DNA of 64,000 nucleotides from an uncultured virus (IMG/VR IMGVR_UViG_3300035183_000083) (IMGVR_UViG_3300035183_000083); one strand, 5' to 3'. Positions 18,721 through 30,009 are shown, counted from the first letter of the stretch. Notes: generated by a model not told the origin, from the sequence alone. Translations and numbers: made by a program.

Positions 18721-19581
18721 ATGGCAACTAATTACGACGCAACCATTTATAATGACCAATCAACGGATGCAAATTTCCGGTCTTGGGTTAACTTCATTCA
18801 CAACACGTTTCTTTTGTCAGGAGCTTGGTTAGATGCCGGTGACTCCGGCCAGATGAATGTAAGCACGGTAACCCGACCTACTGCGGCTAATACATCACAG
18901 GGTTACCGCGTCTACAAAATGAATGACGGTCTCCAGTCCACCGCCCCAGTTTTCGTCAAAATCGAATTTGGATCCTCCGGTAATGCGAACTACCCTAATA
19001 TATGGGTAACCATAGGCACGGGCACTAACGGAGCTGGTACACTATCAGGTGTTATTTTTGCGAGGACTGCTATTACTACTGGCTCTGTCAACGGCACAAT
19101 AGGCACATGTTACGGTAGCGCCAGCAATAATAGGCTGACCTTAGCTATGTGGACTACTATTTCAAACCAGACTTGGTGGCTTTCTATAGAAAGGTCAAAA
19201 GACAATACGGGTGCTGACACTAATGCAGGTCTCTATTTTGCATGGGGTACTGGCGCCATTAATCATTCCAGCCAATATCTGCCCTTTAGTGGGGCTATTC
19301 CAATTGCCGAAACTGGCTTACAGTTCATCTTGTCGACCAACAATCCCACAGTATTCGGAACCTCGGTGGGTGCTGGCCTAATGATACCTATGGCAGGGGT
19401 GGGCCTGGCACCTGGATATAACATAGCTATTGTCAATAGTTCTGACTTTGCCAACTATTCGCAGTTCACCTTGAATGTATGGTCTGTCAACCATGTGTAT
19501 CAGCACATGGGACCCAACATATATGCACTACGGGCAACCCGCACAGACAGCAACACACGCCTATGCTTACTCTTTGAATAA
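18721..19581 (+). CDS. Putative virion/tail-associated protein, paralog 1 of 5
   Basis: GAGGTG SD; G/S/T/N-rich; YKMNDGLQSTAPVFVKIEFG, GTGTNGAG, SIERSKD motifs shared across the array. Confidence 0.75.
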   Translation: MATNYDATIYNDQSTDANFRSWVNFIHNTFLLSGAWLDAGDSGQMNVSTVTRPTAANTSQGYRVYKMNDGLQSTAPVFVKIEFGSSGNANYPNIWVTIGTGTNGAGTLSGVIFARTAITTGSVNGTIGTCYGSASNNRLTLAMWTTISNQTWWLSIERSKDNTGADTNAGLYFAWGTGAINHSSQYLPFSGAIPIAETGLQFILSTNNPTVFGTSVGAGLMIPMAGVGLAPGYNIAIVNSSDFANYSQFTLNVWSVNHVYQHMGPNIYALRATRTDSNTRLCLLFE

Positions 19582-19607
19582 GCTATTTGAATAAGGGGTA
19601 GCAAGAT

Positions 19608-20510
19608 ATGGCAACTGTAGCCAACACAAATTTGGTGGCTTTTAGTATGGACACAGTAGCCAAGTTTCGTGCTTGGACTACTGCCATACATTCCGTGTTT
19701 ACCCAACCTAGCACCTGGGTAAACACGGCAGATACTGGCCAAGCAGACCTTACGACGATAACTCTACCTACTGTAGCTTACGGTTTCAGTGGGTATAAAG
19801 TCTATAGGATGAATGACAGCTTACAGGCTACTAAACCGGTTTTTATACGGATAGATTTTGGCTGTTCTGCCCAAACAACTGCACCATCAGTAAAGGTAAC
19901 CATAGGCACAGGGTCTGACGGCGCAGGAACTATAACTGGTGTGCTACACCAGTCCGTAATTGCGTCGGCAGCTATATCTAATAGTGGACCTGATGTTCTA
20001 TATGGCAGCGTTGCCTCTAACAGGGTAGGCTTCTACATCCTGGGTCAGTCATATACAACTGGGGCCTACATGTGGTTTTCCATAGAAAGGTCCAAGAATG
20101 CACAAGGGCAAGATACGACAGATGGGCTAATAGTAGCTGGTGGGTCGTCCTTAACAGGTAGCTATGTTGTAATAAATTCCATGAATGCGTTGTCTCGGAC
20201 TATGAGCCATTACATACCATTCACGGGCCTTAGTACACCTGAGCCTGGTTTACACTTTGTTATGCCTTATGCAGCCCAGTCCGTCAATAACGGGATTGGC
20301 CAGTCAGTCATGCTTCCACTGTGGAATGGGGTAAAAAACCCTGGCAACAACATAATGATCCTAGGCATGGCGTACCAGCCACACGGAACCGTAACTATTC
20401 AATTATATGGGACCGCACATACTTTCTTGGTAACACGGGCAACTAATCCGCGTGGATTGTATGGCAGTTCGCTAGACAATTCACTATACATAGCTATGCT
20501 CTACGAGTAG
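19608..20510 (+). CDS. Putative virion/tail-associated protein, paralog 2 of 5
   Basis: YRMNDSLQATKPVFIRIDFG, GTGSDGAG, SIERSKN. Confidence 0.75.
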   Translation: MATVANTNLVAFSMDTVAKFRAWTTAIHSVFTQPSTWVNTADTGQADLTTITLPTVAYGFSGYKVYRMNDSLQATKPVFIRIDFGCSAQTTAPSVKVTIGTGSDGAGTITGVLHQSVIASAAISNSGPDVLYGSVASNRVGFYILGQSYTTGAYMWFSIERSKNAQGQDTTDGLIVAGGSSLTGSYVVINSMNALSRTMSHYIPFTGLSTPEPGLHFVMPYAAQSVNNGIGQSVMLPLWNGVKNPGNNIMILGMAYQPHGTVTIQLYGTAHTFLVTRATNPRGLYGSSLDNSLYIAMLYE

Positions 20511-20515
20511 ACTTT

Positions 20516-21418
20516 ATGGCCACACTAACGCAAGCCTTGACCTATTTCGCACAAGACACAGACGCTAACTTTAGGAATTGGGCCTCTTTCGTCCACAATG
20601 TGTTCACCTTACCAGGAGGTTGGGTAAACACTTCGGATACTAATCAAATAAATCTTACCACGGCAACCAAGCCAAGTCTAGCTTGGCAGAAGGTCGGGTA
20701 TAAAGTCTATAGGATGAATGACAGCTTACAGGCTACTAAACCGGTTTTTATACGGATAGATTTTGGTAGTAGCTATGATGCAAGTTTCCCAACAATCTTT
20801 ATAACCTTAGGTACAGGCTCTGACGGTGCAGGAAACATCACAGGCTTACTGGCTCCTACTTGGGCTATCGCCAACACAGTAACTAACAATAATGGCTACG
20901 GTCCTGGTTTCACTCACTATGGGTCCGCAAGCTCTAACCGAGTAGCCTTCGCACTAGCCACTTACCCAAGGATCATACCCAAAGATAACATGTGGTTTGT
21001 CCTAGAAAGGAGTAAAAATGCTGATGGTTCAGATAATGGGAATGGTTTATACGTAGCTTGGAGCACTAATTATACGAGCCAAGTGAGATCAAAGTACATT
21101 CCATTTTCAGGGCCTTCTATGAAAGAGGAACTTGGCTTACACTTCATCCTAGGAACTGCAAGTGTTGGTAATCCTGTCCTAAAGTCGAACGCTAGTAGGG
21201 TTGTGATACCATACTTAGGTAGTATTTTAAATCCCTTTGGAACACTCGTGGTAGTGAGGGATATAGACTTTGGAGAAGCAGCTACCTTGTACTTCTCAAT
21301 AAACGGTACGATGAGGAAGTTCCAACAACTTGGCTCTAATTGTAATAGCGTAAGAGCGGCCTCAGAAGTGGTAGGTAACTACGATACAGCTACACGAGTA
21401 TGTATTCTTTTTGAGTAA
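20516..21418 (+). CDS. Putative virion/tail-associated protein, paralog 3 of 5
   Basis: Same motifs; ends CILFE, like the other paralogs. Confidence 0.75.
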   Translation: MATLTQALTYFAQDTDANFRNWASFVHNVFTLPGGWVNTSDTNQINLTTATKPSLAWQKVGYKVYRMNDSLQATKPVFIRIDFGSSYDASFPTIFITLGTGSDGAGNITGLLAPTWAIANTVTNNNGYGPGFTHYGSASSNRVAFALATYPRIIPKDNMWFVLERSKNADGSDNGNGLYVAWSTNYTSQVRSKYIPFSGPSMKEELGLHFILGTASVGNPVLKSNASRVVIPYLGSILNPFGTLVVVRDIDFGEAATLYFSINGTMRKFQQLGSNCNSVRAASEVVGNYDTATRVCILFE

Positions 21419-21464
21419 AGCTATGTGTATAAATAACAGCAGACCAGTCAATAAGTAGGACTAT

Positions 21465-22312
21465 ATGGCTATTTTCACACCAACCTCGGTAACCTTAAGC
21501 ACAACGAGTTCTTTGACTTTCCAACAGCTGCCTAACTTTATCCACAATGTACTAATAAATGGTGGGTGGGTCCAAACCGCAGACCCACAAGGGACAGTTA
21601 ATGCACTGACGTGGTTAGGGTCTCCTAATGCTGACTACATTGGTGGGTACTTAATATATAGGATGAATGACAGCTTACAATCCACCTATCCGGTGTTCGT
21701 AAGATTTGATTACGGAGAGTATGACCTATACTGGCACACAATTCTAAGATTAACTGTTGGCACAGGGACAGACGCTTATGGAAACATAACAGGTGTCTTA
21801 TTTAAGACCGCAATAATGCCAAACCTCTGGTCTTCTGGTACTTCATACGGCAGTGCGACTTCAAGCAGAGCAGTTGTGGCTATTTGCACTACAGCTGGGG
21901 CTAACTACGGAATGTGGTTTTCTATAGAAAGAACCAAAAACTCCTTAGGTGCAGATAATGGCGATGGTGTGATAGTCCACACTGGCAATTCCAATGGCCA
22001 AATCAGGTCTAGGTGGTGTCCATTCAATATGGATGTAACACCGTATCATTCAAATCTTTACGCTGTGCTTCCTGGTCAGCTGACCTTATACAACGGTAAC
22101 TATCAAATGGGACTAGCTACCCCATGACTAACGTAGCGAAACAGCCTGGCATAAACATTCTTATAATGAATGCTGGGGCTGTAACGGCCAACACTAACTT
22201 TATCACTACTGTCTACGGAACGGTAAGAACTTACCGTAACATAGGGTCCTACTTTTCCTACCTTAGAGGTAACTGGGACTCCTTTACCCAATTGTATATT
22301 TTATACGAATAA
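21465..22312 (+). CDS. Paralog 4 of 5, frameshifted at about 22117
   Basis: ORFs 21465-22127 and 22124-22312 together give a full-length paralog ending YILYE. Confidence 0.7.
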
Positions 22313-22321
22313 GAGATATGT

Positions 22322-23220
22322 ATGGCTAGATTGATTACAGGTCACTACTTTCAATACGGTGGTGGAGTAGGGTCTACAGCGGTAAACCAATATAAGGTAT
22401 GGGTCACCCATATTCACAACACATTCCTATTAGGATGGGTAAACACATCTGATACTGGCCAGCTTGACATAAGTACCCTACCATCCTTAGGACTATCATC
22501 CATATCCTATAGTGGATATAAGATATACAGGATGAATGACAGCTTACAGGCTACTTATCCAGTCTATGTAAAAGTAGAATACGGTAATGGGTACCAAGGT
22601 TTGTACTGCCCAGGCTTAAGAGTTAGCTTTGGAACTGGATCTGACGGTGCGGGCAACCTTACAGGGTATTTAAATACAATCACCATATCCCCATTTATAA
22701 TTATAACTAGATGGGGCTTTCCTCTTACGGGAGTGCAGCACCCAATAGAATGAACTTCTACTTATTCGCTCAAACCCCATGGGCTTTAGGTGTGTACTTG
22801 AGTGGGTACCCTATATTTCTAGGAATAGAGAGGTCTAAAGACAGCTCAGGTGCTGATACAGGGGCTGGCTTAGTTGTAGCCTATGGCTATTATGGAGATC
22901 CAAACCTTTTATATATTCCTTTTAGTGGCGCGTATAAACCACCGTCTACCAGGCTAAACTGCATTCTATCCTCTAACTCGGCCTTTCAGGGTACAAGTAA
23001 CATCTACCTAGGACTCGTATACCCATTAAATGGAAATACAGCCCTACCGGCGATAACAAATTTCATTATTATGAAGAATTCCGATGTGCCGGCACCGCCG
23101 GTCCAGATTGGATGCTCTGTTTACGGCACAACCCGCACCTATTTGTGTTTAGGCTCATTATTTACAAACTTATTGGGCGCAAGTGACTCAATATACACTT
23201 TATGCCCATTATACGAATGA
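22322..23220 (+). CDS. Paralog 5 of 5, frameshifted at about 22713-22716
   Basis: ORFs 22322-22753 and 22711-23220 together give a full-length paralog ending CPLYE. Confidence 0.7.
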
Positions 23221-23230
23221 GTAGGTACCC

Positions 23231-23703
23231 ATGGCTATCGAAGTCTCATCCTCTCTACCACATCGCTTGTAGGGGCAGTAGACACTATGTCTTTCGTAGG
23301 GAACTATAACCCAGCAATACCTCTACACGGAATATTTACGTATAGTAGGTCTGTCAACGCCAATTACCTTAAGTACCAAGGCTATAAGGCTAGGGTATTC
23401 ACACCCAACTATGCTACTGGTGCGTCTGGGGTTCAGACAAGGCAAAATAAGACGTCATGGTTTGCAGCCATGACGCCTATACAGAACCGATACCCCTCAA
23501 CGTACAGTACCTTGACAGACGTGAGCCTGTTATGTGTAACACATGGCTACAACCAGGTCGTTAATTATGGTCTTTACAAAGATGGTCTTGCTCCCGTATT
23601 CAATGCCCAGTTAGTAATCTATACGTGGAATACTGGATCAGGATCTTCTGGATCTACCAGGCCTACTAGCGGACAGTTATGGCCCAGGGGAGTCCAGCCT
23701 TAG
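23231..23703 (+). CDS. Small putative tail-associated protein (probable start 23231 with a frameshift at about 23250)
   Basis: C-terminal GSTRPTSGQLWPRG; upstream ATG with AGGT SD is out of frame by one base. Confidence 0.55.
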
Positions 23704-26700
23704 GTTTCCAAGACCGTTCTGGTAAACGTCACTGTTATAGCTGCGGTGGATAAGCCTGTATTGGTTATAGAGTAAGCTATGGCCGTAGAAATGGGCGAGT
23801 CCATGTTAGAACCTATGACCATCGGAAACAGGTCGTAAGCCAAGTTGCCTGAGACTAACAAAAGCTCCGCTATCACACCATGCTCACCGGTGGGGTCTGT
23901 ACTAACGTCCCTCAAAGCATCCGCGGTCCTATAGGCCGTGGTTGCGTATATCCGAATCCAGCACGGAGCACTAGCTACAACTTTATGTAGCATAAAGGTC
24001 TTACCTAAAGCCACAGAACCTTGCTCAGTAGCTCCAACAGCCAGTGAAGCGGTAACGACTTGAATTGATGACCTACCTAGCTTTTGCTGAGCATCTGTGA
24101 TCCCGTAGCCAGATAAGGTGCTTGGTATTCCGGTCGTTATCTTAGACCAGTCCAAGTTCGGAATGTCCGAAGCAACCAAAGACCCACCAGACGATACCCT
24201 ACCTTGTGCTGTCACAGTGACCTTAGTATAGGTCCCAGGACTAACAATATCATCCAAGGTTGTTAGCGTATCTAATGTCCAAGACCCATCGGATGCCCGT
24301 TTGGGGTACCCAGTCCCAGTTAAGGCCGCAATTGCCGTTAAATCAGCATTAAGTGGTTGGCCATCCGTAATGCCGTAACCAGCCAGAGTAGTTGGCTTAC
24401 CAGTTGTTATCTTAGTCCAGTCCAAGTTCGGAATGTCCGAAGCTAATAAGGTAGTAGCCGCAGTCACTACGCCATTTAGGTCTACAGTAACTTTAGTATA
24501 CGTACCTGGGCTTACACCTGTAGGTGTTAAGACTGATATGGACTGCAAACTCCAGCTACCATCACTAGCTCGGACTGCAAAGCCAGTAGATGCGCCAGTA
24601 AAGGCCGATATGGAAGTGAGATTCGCATTTAGAGCTTGAGCGTCCGTAATGCCATACCCAGCCAGTGTAGTTGGTTTACCACTCGTGATCTTAGTCCAGT
24701 CAAGATTAGGGATATCAGAAGCCGCTAAGGTCGCTACTCCGGTCACGATACCTTTTATATTTACTGTGACCTTGGTGTAGGTACCAGCTGTAACCCCAGA
24801 GTTAGGTAACAAAGTGGTGTCAATAAGACCCACAGACCATACGCCGCCACCAGATCGCAGTAAGTATCCTGTACCACTTAATCCTGATATGGACGTCAAG
24901 TTGGCGTTGAGACCCTGACCATCCGTAATCCCATATCCAGCTAGCGTGGTTGGTTTACCGGTAGAAATCTTAGACCAATCTAGGTTTGGGATGTCGGATG
25001 AATTCAAGACCGTTCCTAGTGTAACCCTCCCGTATACGTCAACGGTTACTTTAGTCCACGTACCAGCTGTTACGCCAGTAGTATCCAACGTTGGAATGTC
25101 CTGCAGACTCCACGAGCCATCAGATGCCCTCTTAGGGAAGCCGGTAGTAGTACCAGAGAAAGCCGATATAGCGGTAAGGTTAGCATTTAAGGTTTGGCCA
25201 TCTGTAATACCGTAACCAGCTAGCGTGGTTGGTTTGTTTACAAGTTTAACCCAGTCTATGTTATTAGGCAAGTCCGAATTAGTTATGGTGATCCCGTAGC
25301 CGCTTACTGTAGTTGGTTTACCACTCGTGATCTTAGACCAATCTAGGTTTGGGATGTCCGAAGCACTTAAAGTTGCCACCCCAGTTACAATGCCTTTTAT
25401 ATTGACCGTGACCTTAGTGTACGTTCCAGGCGTATACGTTTGGTCGGCCATAGCTGAGATATTCTGCAAGGACCAAGTACCATCTGAGGCTCGCAACGGG
25501 TACCCAGTCCCAGTTAAGGCCGCAATTGCCGTTAAATCAGCATTAAGTGGCTGGCCATCTGTAATGCCATACCCAGCTAAGGTTGTAGGTTTCCCAGTTG
25601 TTATTTTACCCCAGTCTAACGTTGGAATATCACTGTCATGTAGATACTCGGCATAAGTTATAACCCCTTTGGAGTTGACAGTGAACTTTGTAAATGTACC
25701 TGGTGTCACACCCGAATCAGCTATGTCTCCCAAACTAATACCGGCCGTGAGAGACCAAGTACCGTCAGTGGCGCGTTTCAAGAAGCCAGTGGAAACACCA
25801 CTAAAGGCAGATATGTAGGTAAGATTAGAATTTAAGGCTTGCGCATCGGTAATGCCATATCCAGCACGGGTGGTCGGCCTATTGATTACTCGGGACCAGT
25901 CTATTTGAGAGCTACCACTTAATACCGTATTATCTACCACCCAGTTCCCACTGGTGTCTCTATACAAGAAACCATCCCCAAACGTAACCAATGAACTAAT
26001 AGCTGTTAGATTAGCGTTGTATGGCTGGGCATCCGTAATGCCATAACCAGCTAACGTGGTTGGCTTACCACTCGTGATCTTAGACCAGTCAAGATTAGGG
26101 ATATCAGAAGTACTTAGGGTAGTGCCAGCTGTAACCCGACCTTTAGAGTCAACGGTTACTTTAGTGTACGTGCCTGGGTCTACACCAGTATCAATCAACG
26201 TAGTTTGCGTTAGCGACCATGTGCCATCGCTGTTTCTCTGAGCAAACCCTATGCCAGATAGAGATGAAATATAGGCGAGATTAGATAACTGACTACTGGT
26301 CATCGAAGCAACAACAGTTACCCCTAAAGGTATGCTGGTCAAACGTGACCAGTCAATACTAGATGAACCGCTGGTTACAGTATTGTCTACTACCCAATTT
26401 CCGCTACTGTCTCTGTACAAGAACCCCGCACCACCAGGTGTCATGGAGATCACATTGGTGTCGAAAGTCCAAGTACCACCAGATGTTTTCTTCAAGTGAC
26501 CATAGCCAGACAAACCACTTATTTGGTTTAGATTAGCGTTGTATGGCTGGGCATCCGTAATGCCATAACCAGCTAACGTGGTTGGCTTACCACTCGTGAT
26601 CTTAGACCAGTCAAGATTAGGGATATCAGAAGCCGACAGAGTTGTACCATAAGTAGCAAGACCTTTGGCATTAAAAGTTACTTTGGTATAGGTACCAGCA

Positions 26701-28535
26701 CCTATACCGCTGTCCAATAAAGCGACAGACGCATCTGCAAAAGACCAAACACCTGCTTCATGGTAAAGGAATCCAGTAGCCGATGCTACATTAGCGATGG
26801 CCGTAAGCCTAGTACTTAATGGTTGCCCATCTGTGATTCCGTAGCCTGATAATGTGGTTGGTTTACCACTCGTAATCTTAGACCAAGGTAACTCTGGGAT
26901 ATCTAGGGGAGTGAGGTTGTCAGCCGCGGTTATCACACCTCGATTGTTTACGGTAAACTTTGTGTAAACCCCGGGAACGAATCCAATCTCTGGCAAGAAG
27001 TTCAATAAGTTGTCTAGTAAGGTCCAGGAGCCATCTGAGGCCCGTTGTGGAACCCCATACCCTAACAGACCAGACAAGCTAGTCAAATTCGCATTTAAGG
27101 CTTGCGCATCTGTGATCCCGTAACCAGCCAGAGTAGTTGGCTTACCACTGGTGATCTTAGACCAGTCAAGATTAGGGATATCAGAAGCCGATAAAGTAGT
27201 ACCAGCTGTTACAAAGCCTTTTGCATCTACTAGGACCTTAGTGTAAGTACCACCAGATAACCCCACTTGGTCGGGTAAGCTACCATAAGTAGACGTCCAG
27301 GTAAGGTCAAAGTCGGTGCTTGAAGCCTTAATAGGGATTTGGCCTTGAGTGCCTCCGCTAGGTAAGCCTGGACCCGGTACACCTTGGGCTCCCTGTGAGC
27401 CTTGAACCCCTTGGAAGCCTTGTGCCCCTTGTAATCCTTGGGGACCAACTGCGTCTAAAGTAAACGTACCATTATCATAGATAAGGTAACCAGGGCCTTG
27501 GGAGCCTAAAGCACATAAGCTAGTTAAGGCATCATGGTGTGCTTGGTAAATAGTGGGGTCTATTGCATAACTACCAGCGGATAGCTTTATTACAAAGCCT
27601 GGACCTGTACCTAATAAACTGATAGCTAGCAGATCCGAACTATAAGGCTGAACAGCCGTAGAAGACGCAGACCACCCAGTCTCAGTCAGAACTAAGGCAG
27701 CACCTGGAGAAGCATCTACTGGAATACTAACATCGGTCAAGCTGCCCAGTGAATGGTTGTGGTCACCAGCAGCTACAGTACCGGCTGTGGTACCAACAGA
27801 TCGTGATGCTGAGTCCCCTAAACCCAGAGCCGTAAATTGTTCAGCTTGGTCAGCCGCCGCCAGCAAAGTTCTAGCGGCCGCCGTGAACGACGTAAGAGCC
27901 GCTGTATTTACCCCACTAAGGTATATAAGATGGTCAGCACTAGTGGTTAGACCTGAGACCGATGTAAGTAGATCATTGATTGGCTGATAAGGATGGGTAT
28001 GCCCAACAGGACTATACAAGGAAGCAGCATTGGTCTTCAACAAATAAACTGGGTGTGGATCTGCCGCTTGAATGTGTGCTTGAAGTGCAGCTTGCCATCC
28101 ATTAGGACCACTTGAACCACCAGCCAATAAGCTCACACCTTGAGCTACAACATCACCATGAACAACATTTATAGAGCCTTGAGTAAGTTGGATGTCACCA
28201 GAGTAATATACATTGGGGCTAGTAATAGTCCCGTTGCCTACGGATAATAGCTCCCAAGTCCCATCTGGGTTGAATGTCAATTGGACTTTGGTTTCACCAT
28301 TAACGGCGTTTCTTAGTCGTACATGTACTTGCTTGTCTTTGTTCCTAGTTAGTTCCCTGTTAGCAGGCTCGATTTCCTCATGCTCAGGGTTTTCACCAAC
28401 TTTCAGCATACTACCGCTAGGGTGGAATAGTTCGTGGTTGCCGTCATAATCAGAGTATGTGTACAGGTCGGAGTCATGTAGTTCTACTTCCCAGCCGACC
28501 TCCTTTACTTTAGCGAGAGCTTTTTCTGTAGCCAT
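23700..28535 (-). CDS. Long tail-fibre protein with baseplate-spike-like N-terminus
   Basis: 12 PTTxxGYGIT motifs within repeats of GTYTKVTV..GRVT..DIPNLDWSKIT; short collagen-like GxQ run; AADPHPVY motif. Confidence 0.88.
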   Translation of the reverse strand: MATEKALAKVKEVGWEVELHDSDLYTYSDYDGNHELFHPSGSMLKVGENPEHEEIEPANRELTRNKDKQVHVRLRNAVNGETKVQLTFNPDGTWELLSVGNGTITSPNVYYSGDIQLTQGSINVVHGDVVAQGVSLLAGGSSGPNGWQAALQAHIQAADPHPVYLLKTNAASLYSPVGHTHPYQPINDLLTSVSGLTTSADHLIYLSGVNTAALTSFTAAARTLLAAADQAEQFTALGLGDSASRSVGTTAGTVAAGDHNHSLGSLTDVSIPVDASPGAALVLTETGWSASSTAVQPYSSDLLAISLLGTGPGFVIKLSAGSYAIDPTIYQAHHDALTSLCALGSQGPGYLIYDNGTFTLDAVGPQGLQGAQGFQGVQGSQGAQGVPGPGLPSGGTQGQIPIKASSTDFDLTWTSTYGSLPDQVGLSGGTYTKVLVDAKGFVTAGTTLSASDIPNLDWSKITSGKPTTLAGYGITDAQALNANLTSLSGLLGYGVPQRASDGSWTLLDNLLNFLPEIGFVPGVYTKFTVNNRGVITAADNLTPLDIPELPWSKITSGKPTTLSGYGITDGQPLSTRLTAIANVASATGFLYHEAGVWSFADASVALLDSGIGAGTYTKVTFNAKGLATYGTTLSASDIPNLDWSKITSGKPTTLAGYGITDAQPYNANLNQISGLSGYGHLKKTSGGTWTFDTNVISMTPGGAGFLYRDSSGNWVVDNTVTSGSSSIDWSRLTSIPLGVTVVASMTSSQLSNLAYISSLSGIGFAQRNSDGTWSLTQTTLIDTGVDPGTYTKVTVDSKGRVTAGTTLSTSDIPNLDWSKITSGKPTTLAGYGITDAQPYNANLTAISSLVTFGDGFLYRDTSGNWVVDNTVLSGSSQIDWSRVINRPTTRAGYGITDAQALNSNLTYISAFSGVSTGFLKRATDGTWSLTAGISLGDIADSGVTPGTFTKFTVNSKGVITYAEYLHDSDIPTLDWGKITTGKPTTLAGYGITDGQPLNADLTAIAALTGTGYPLRASDGTWSLQNISAMADQTYTPGTYTKVTVNIKGIVTGVATLSASDIPNLDWSKITSGKPTTVSGYGITITNSDLPNNIDWVKLVNKPTTLAGYGITDGQTLNANLTAISAFSGTTTGFPKRASDGSWSLQDIPTLDTTGVTAGTWTKVTVDVYGRVTLGTVLNSSDIPNLDWSKISTGKPTTLAGYGITDGQGLNANLTSISGLSGTGYLLRSGGGVWSVGLIDTTLLPNSGVTAGTYTKVTVNIKGIVTGVATLAASDIPNLDWTKITSGKPTTLAGYGITDAQALNANLTSISAFTGASTGFAVRASDGSWSLQSISVLTPTGVSPGTYTKVTVDLNGVVTAATTLLASDIPNLDWTKITTGKPTTLAGYGITDGQPLNADLTAIAALTGTGYPKRASDGSWTLDTLTTLDDIVSPGTYTKVTVTAQGRVSSGGSLVASDIPNLDWSKITTGIPSTLSGYGITDAQQKLGRSSIQVVTASLAVGATEQGSVALGKTFMLHKVVASAPCWIRIYATTAYRTADALRDVSTDPTGEHGVIAELLLVSGNLAYDLFPMVIGSNMDSPISTAIAYSITNTGLSTAAITVTFTRTVLET

Positions 28536-28567
28536 TTGGTCTAACCTAACTAGGGTTGATCTAATTA

Positions 28568-28718
28568 GATTAAAATTATCAAGACCTGGCTACCAATAGC
28601 AGGTTCGCACTCGGAACACAAAGGCCTTGTAGGCGGTGTTCCGTGTATAGAAGACCAATAATTAGAAACAGCAGTGGTTCTCAACACAATGGCACTTGGT
28701 GCATTCAAATAATGGCAT
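28568..28718 (-). pseudogene. Small Cys-rich zinc-ribbon protein, frameshifted
   Basis: MPLFECTKCHCVEN; removing one C at about 28676 continues TAVSNYW...PLCSECEPAIG. AGGAG SD upstream. Confidence 0.55.
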
Positions 28719-29393
28719 GTGTGTAGCTCCTAAGTAAGGTCTGGTCCTACCGCCTGGCTTATCACGGTCAGGAACTGACTCAAGTTTGACAAGAAGTCAT
28801 TTAGGTGGATGGACCGCACATAAATCCAGCTCTCTGCTAGGCCGCATTTATGTAACGTTACTATAGATGGATACGACTTAGGAAACCGGTCCCTCGTAAG
28901 CAATCACCATCAGAGCGTGTCCAACCGAAGGACTTAAGAACAGACCTAAACCCAGCTTGGGTTCGGACTAAATAGACACCACCACCTAAATCAACTAAGT
29001 TTGGTTTGGCCCCGGTAGTGGGGATGGGTCTCTAGGGTTACTAGACTCGGGACTGCACATAAGTACCTCATCAAGTTCAAGACTCACAGGTCTTGCAAAC
29101 GTGTAGGTGATCATCCCAGTCATCGGCCTCAGCCAGGCTGTCGTCCGAAGGGAAAGCGTGGTTGGGCCTCAAGTGCATGTGCTAAAACCACCTACGCTTA
29201 CTGCATTTGGCACAGACTGGCTTTAGCAAATTCAATAAGCCGACCACAGCCAATCCTAACACTATACCTAGTAACCACAAGCCTTCTGTGGGTTGTGGTG
29301 GGCTACCGTTGATCGAACACATATAGACGCTCCTTATTAGGGTATAGAAATAAGATTATTCAAAGATAGATAAAGGTGTGTCACACCTAATCA

Positions 29394-29906
29394 TTAAGCT
29401 TTGTAGCCTACACTTTGTAGTCTAAAATAGGTATCAAGGTCCGAATATGTCTCAAACTTTAGGCTATGAGTATTAAAGACTAGAGTAAGGGAAGTAGAAG
29501 TTGTAGGAGACATGTAGTCTCTAAGTACCAAGGTCAGTAAAGGGGCATCGGTAATACCATAGGTTAAGGGATCCCTAGGGTTAAACGATATATGCTGTAG
29601 AGCAAACCTTAGTTGTTGGTCTCCACAACAAGCCGTCATTGCTTGGACGATTGCGTTATAACGTCTTGCATCATCATAAGGGTATTCAGCGGGGTTAAAG
29701 TGCAGACCAAACGCAAAGGTAAAAGCATCCATAAATGTTCTTACCGCACATAAACTACCTACAGTAGGTATGTCTGGGGTGTAAGCTACTAGCTCACTGG
29801 AGAGCAGCATTGATGCTTCAACCGAAACCGAAGCCGAAGCTTTAGCTATATCCACCTTACTTAGGTCACCTGAGTAAAAGGTGATTGGGTTGATGTGCAG
29901 CGGCAC
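29394..29906 (-). CDS. Hypothetical protein
   Basis: 170-aa ORF; start uncertain. Confidence 0.6.
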   Translation of the reverse strand: MPLHINPITFYSGDLSKVDIAKASASVSVEASMLLSSELVAYTPDIPTVGSLCAVRTFMDAFTFAFGLHFNPAEYPYDDARRYNAIVQAMTACCGDQQLRFALQHISFNPRDPLTYGITDAPLLTLVLRDYMSPTTSTSLTLVFNTHSLKFETYSDLDTYFRLQSVGYKA

Positions 29907-30009
29907 ATTAACTGGTCTTGCTCAAAATGAGTTAAAGGACCCACATGACCTCTAGGTTGGAAACCGCGAGTCTTAGCTCCTGAAACGTAACGTGTTTAGT
30001 GGGTGCCAT

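Noticed and set aside
18721..28535. DGR or invertase-driven shufflon in the tail module
   Set aside because: No reverse transcriptase, no adenine-specific TR/VR pair, and no recombinase or flanking inverted repeats seen.
28720..29393. Structured ncRNA or tRNA in the gap upstream of the fibre
   Set aside because: No cloverleaf or recognisable RNA motif; contains short SD-led ORFs (e.g. about 29182-29322, hydrophobic), so probably small or degraded genes.
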